This document shows positions 63,951 to 64,000 of a DNA stretch of 64,000 nucleotides, in pieces. This DNA comes from a candidate division WWE3 bacterium RAAC2_WWE3_1 (GTDB lineage: Bacteria; Patescibacteriota; WWE3; UBA101185; UBA10185), in NCBI GenBank assembly GCA_000503835.1, contig CP006914.1, positions 529,680 to 593,679 on the forward strand. The letters are read 5' to 3'. The stretch's first letter is position 1, and the number at the start of each line of letters is the position of its first letter. The notes beneath the pieces were generated by a model. The model did not search any database. It was not told the origin of the DNA and worked only from the letters and a program-made list of their open reading frames with translations. A program made the translations under genes and the position numbers.

Positions 63951-64000
63951 AGGAGGGATCAGGTAGTGATAACTCTCTATTGTCCGGTTCTTGGGAAGTT

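Overview
The window reads as a low-GC bacterial chromosome segment, gene-dense outside the first ~2.7 kb and translated with the standard genetic code. Long ORFs are intact and TGA is used as a stop, so code 25 is not in play. The gene content is consistent with a Patescibacteria/CPR-like or similar monoderm organism, but that assignment is inference. The features supporting it are GH57-based glycogen genes, two sortases, an LPETG substrate, comEA/comEC/comM/dprA and weak Shine-Dalgarno usage.

The dominant feature is a 23.7-kb pair of co-directional giant genes. The first is 2720-16144 and encodes 4474 aa. It begins with a MerR/excisionase-type HTH followed by a single transmembrane segment. 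The ectodomain carries tandem phage tail-fibre-like modules, YadA-like repeats, a parallel beta-helix block, and an internal peptidase-S74 self-cleaving intramolecular chaperone domain. The second is 16230-26504 and encodes 3424 aa. It has a transmembrane anchor, two DUF2341 domains, a run of undescribed ~100-aa repeats, and seven LamG (Laminin_G_3) domains. A near-perfect 654-bp tandem duplication sits inside the repeat run.

Flanking genes, in order:
- At the left edge, a three-gene minus-strand operon with an ATP-synthase-like c/b/(delta?) order. The first gene encodes a signal-peptide protein whose C-terminus is a c-subunit-like helical hairpin lacking the ion-binding carboxylate. Next come a b-subunit-like coiled-coil protein and a gene truncated by the window edge. 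No a-subunit gene is present, and a G10 tract lies upstream.
- rplJ-rplL, uncoupled from the usual rplKA and rpoBC neighbours.
- A glycogen cluster: a GalT-like transferase, GlgA, two GH57 enzymes and a second glycogen-synthase-like GT.
- A cytoplasmic HTH protein, a WecB/TagA-family GT26, a PEGA-domain membrane protein, a sortase, and a thioredoxin plus a Trx-CcdA fusion.
- Four minus-strand tRNAs: Pro(CGG), Arg(CCT), Ser(TGA) and Ala(GGC).
- A large polytopic membrane protein and two small membrane proteins, one of them Cys-rich.
- An extended adenylate-kinase-like protein, Ndk, a metallophosphoesterase and ArgS.
- A competence/DNA-uptake cluster: a split ComEC, ComEA, ArsR, ComM and DprA.
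- A second HTH-TM protein, an O-antigen-ligase/TPR membrane protein, Obg, a LysM-M23 peptidase, Rho, a second sortase with an LPETG substrate, and GalE.

Three of the four tRNAs carry a 17-25-nt direct repeat of their own 3' end about 140-150 bp away. The sequences between the repeats share a motif, which suggests a family of miniature elements bounded by att-like sites. No CRISPR array, IS element or rRNA was seen.
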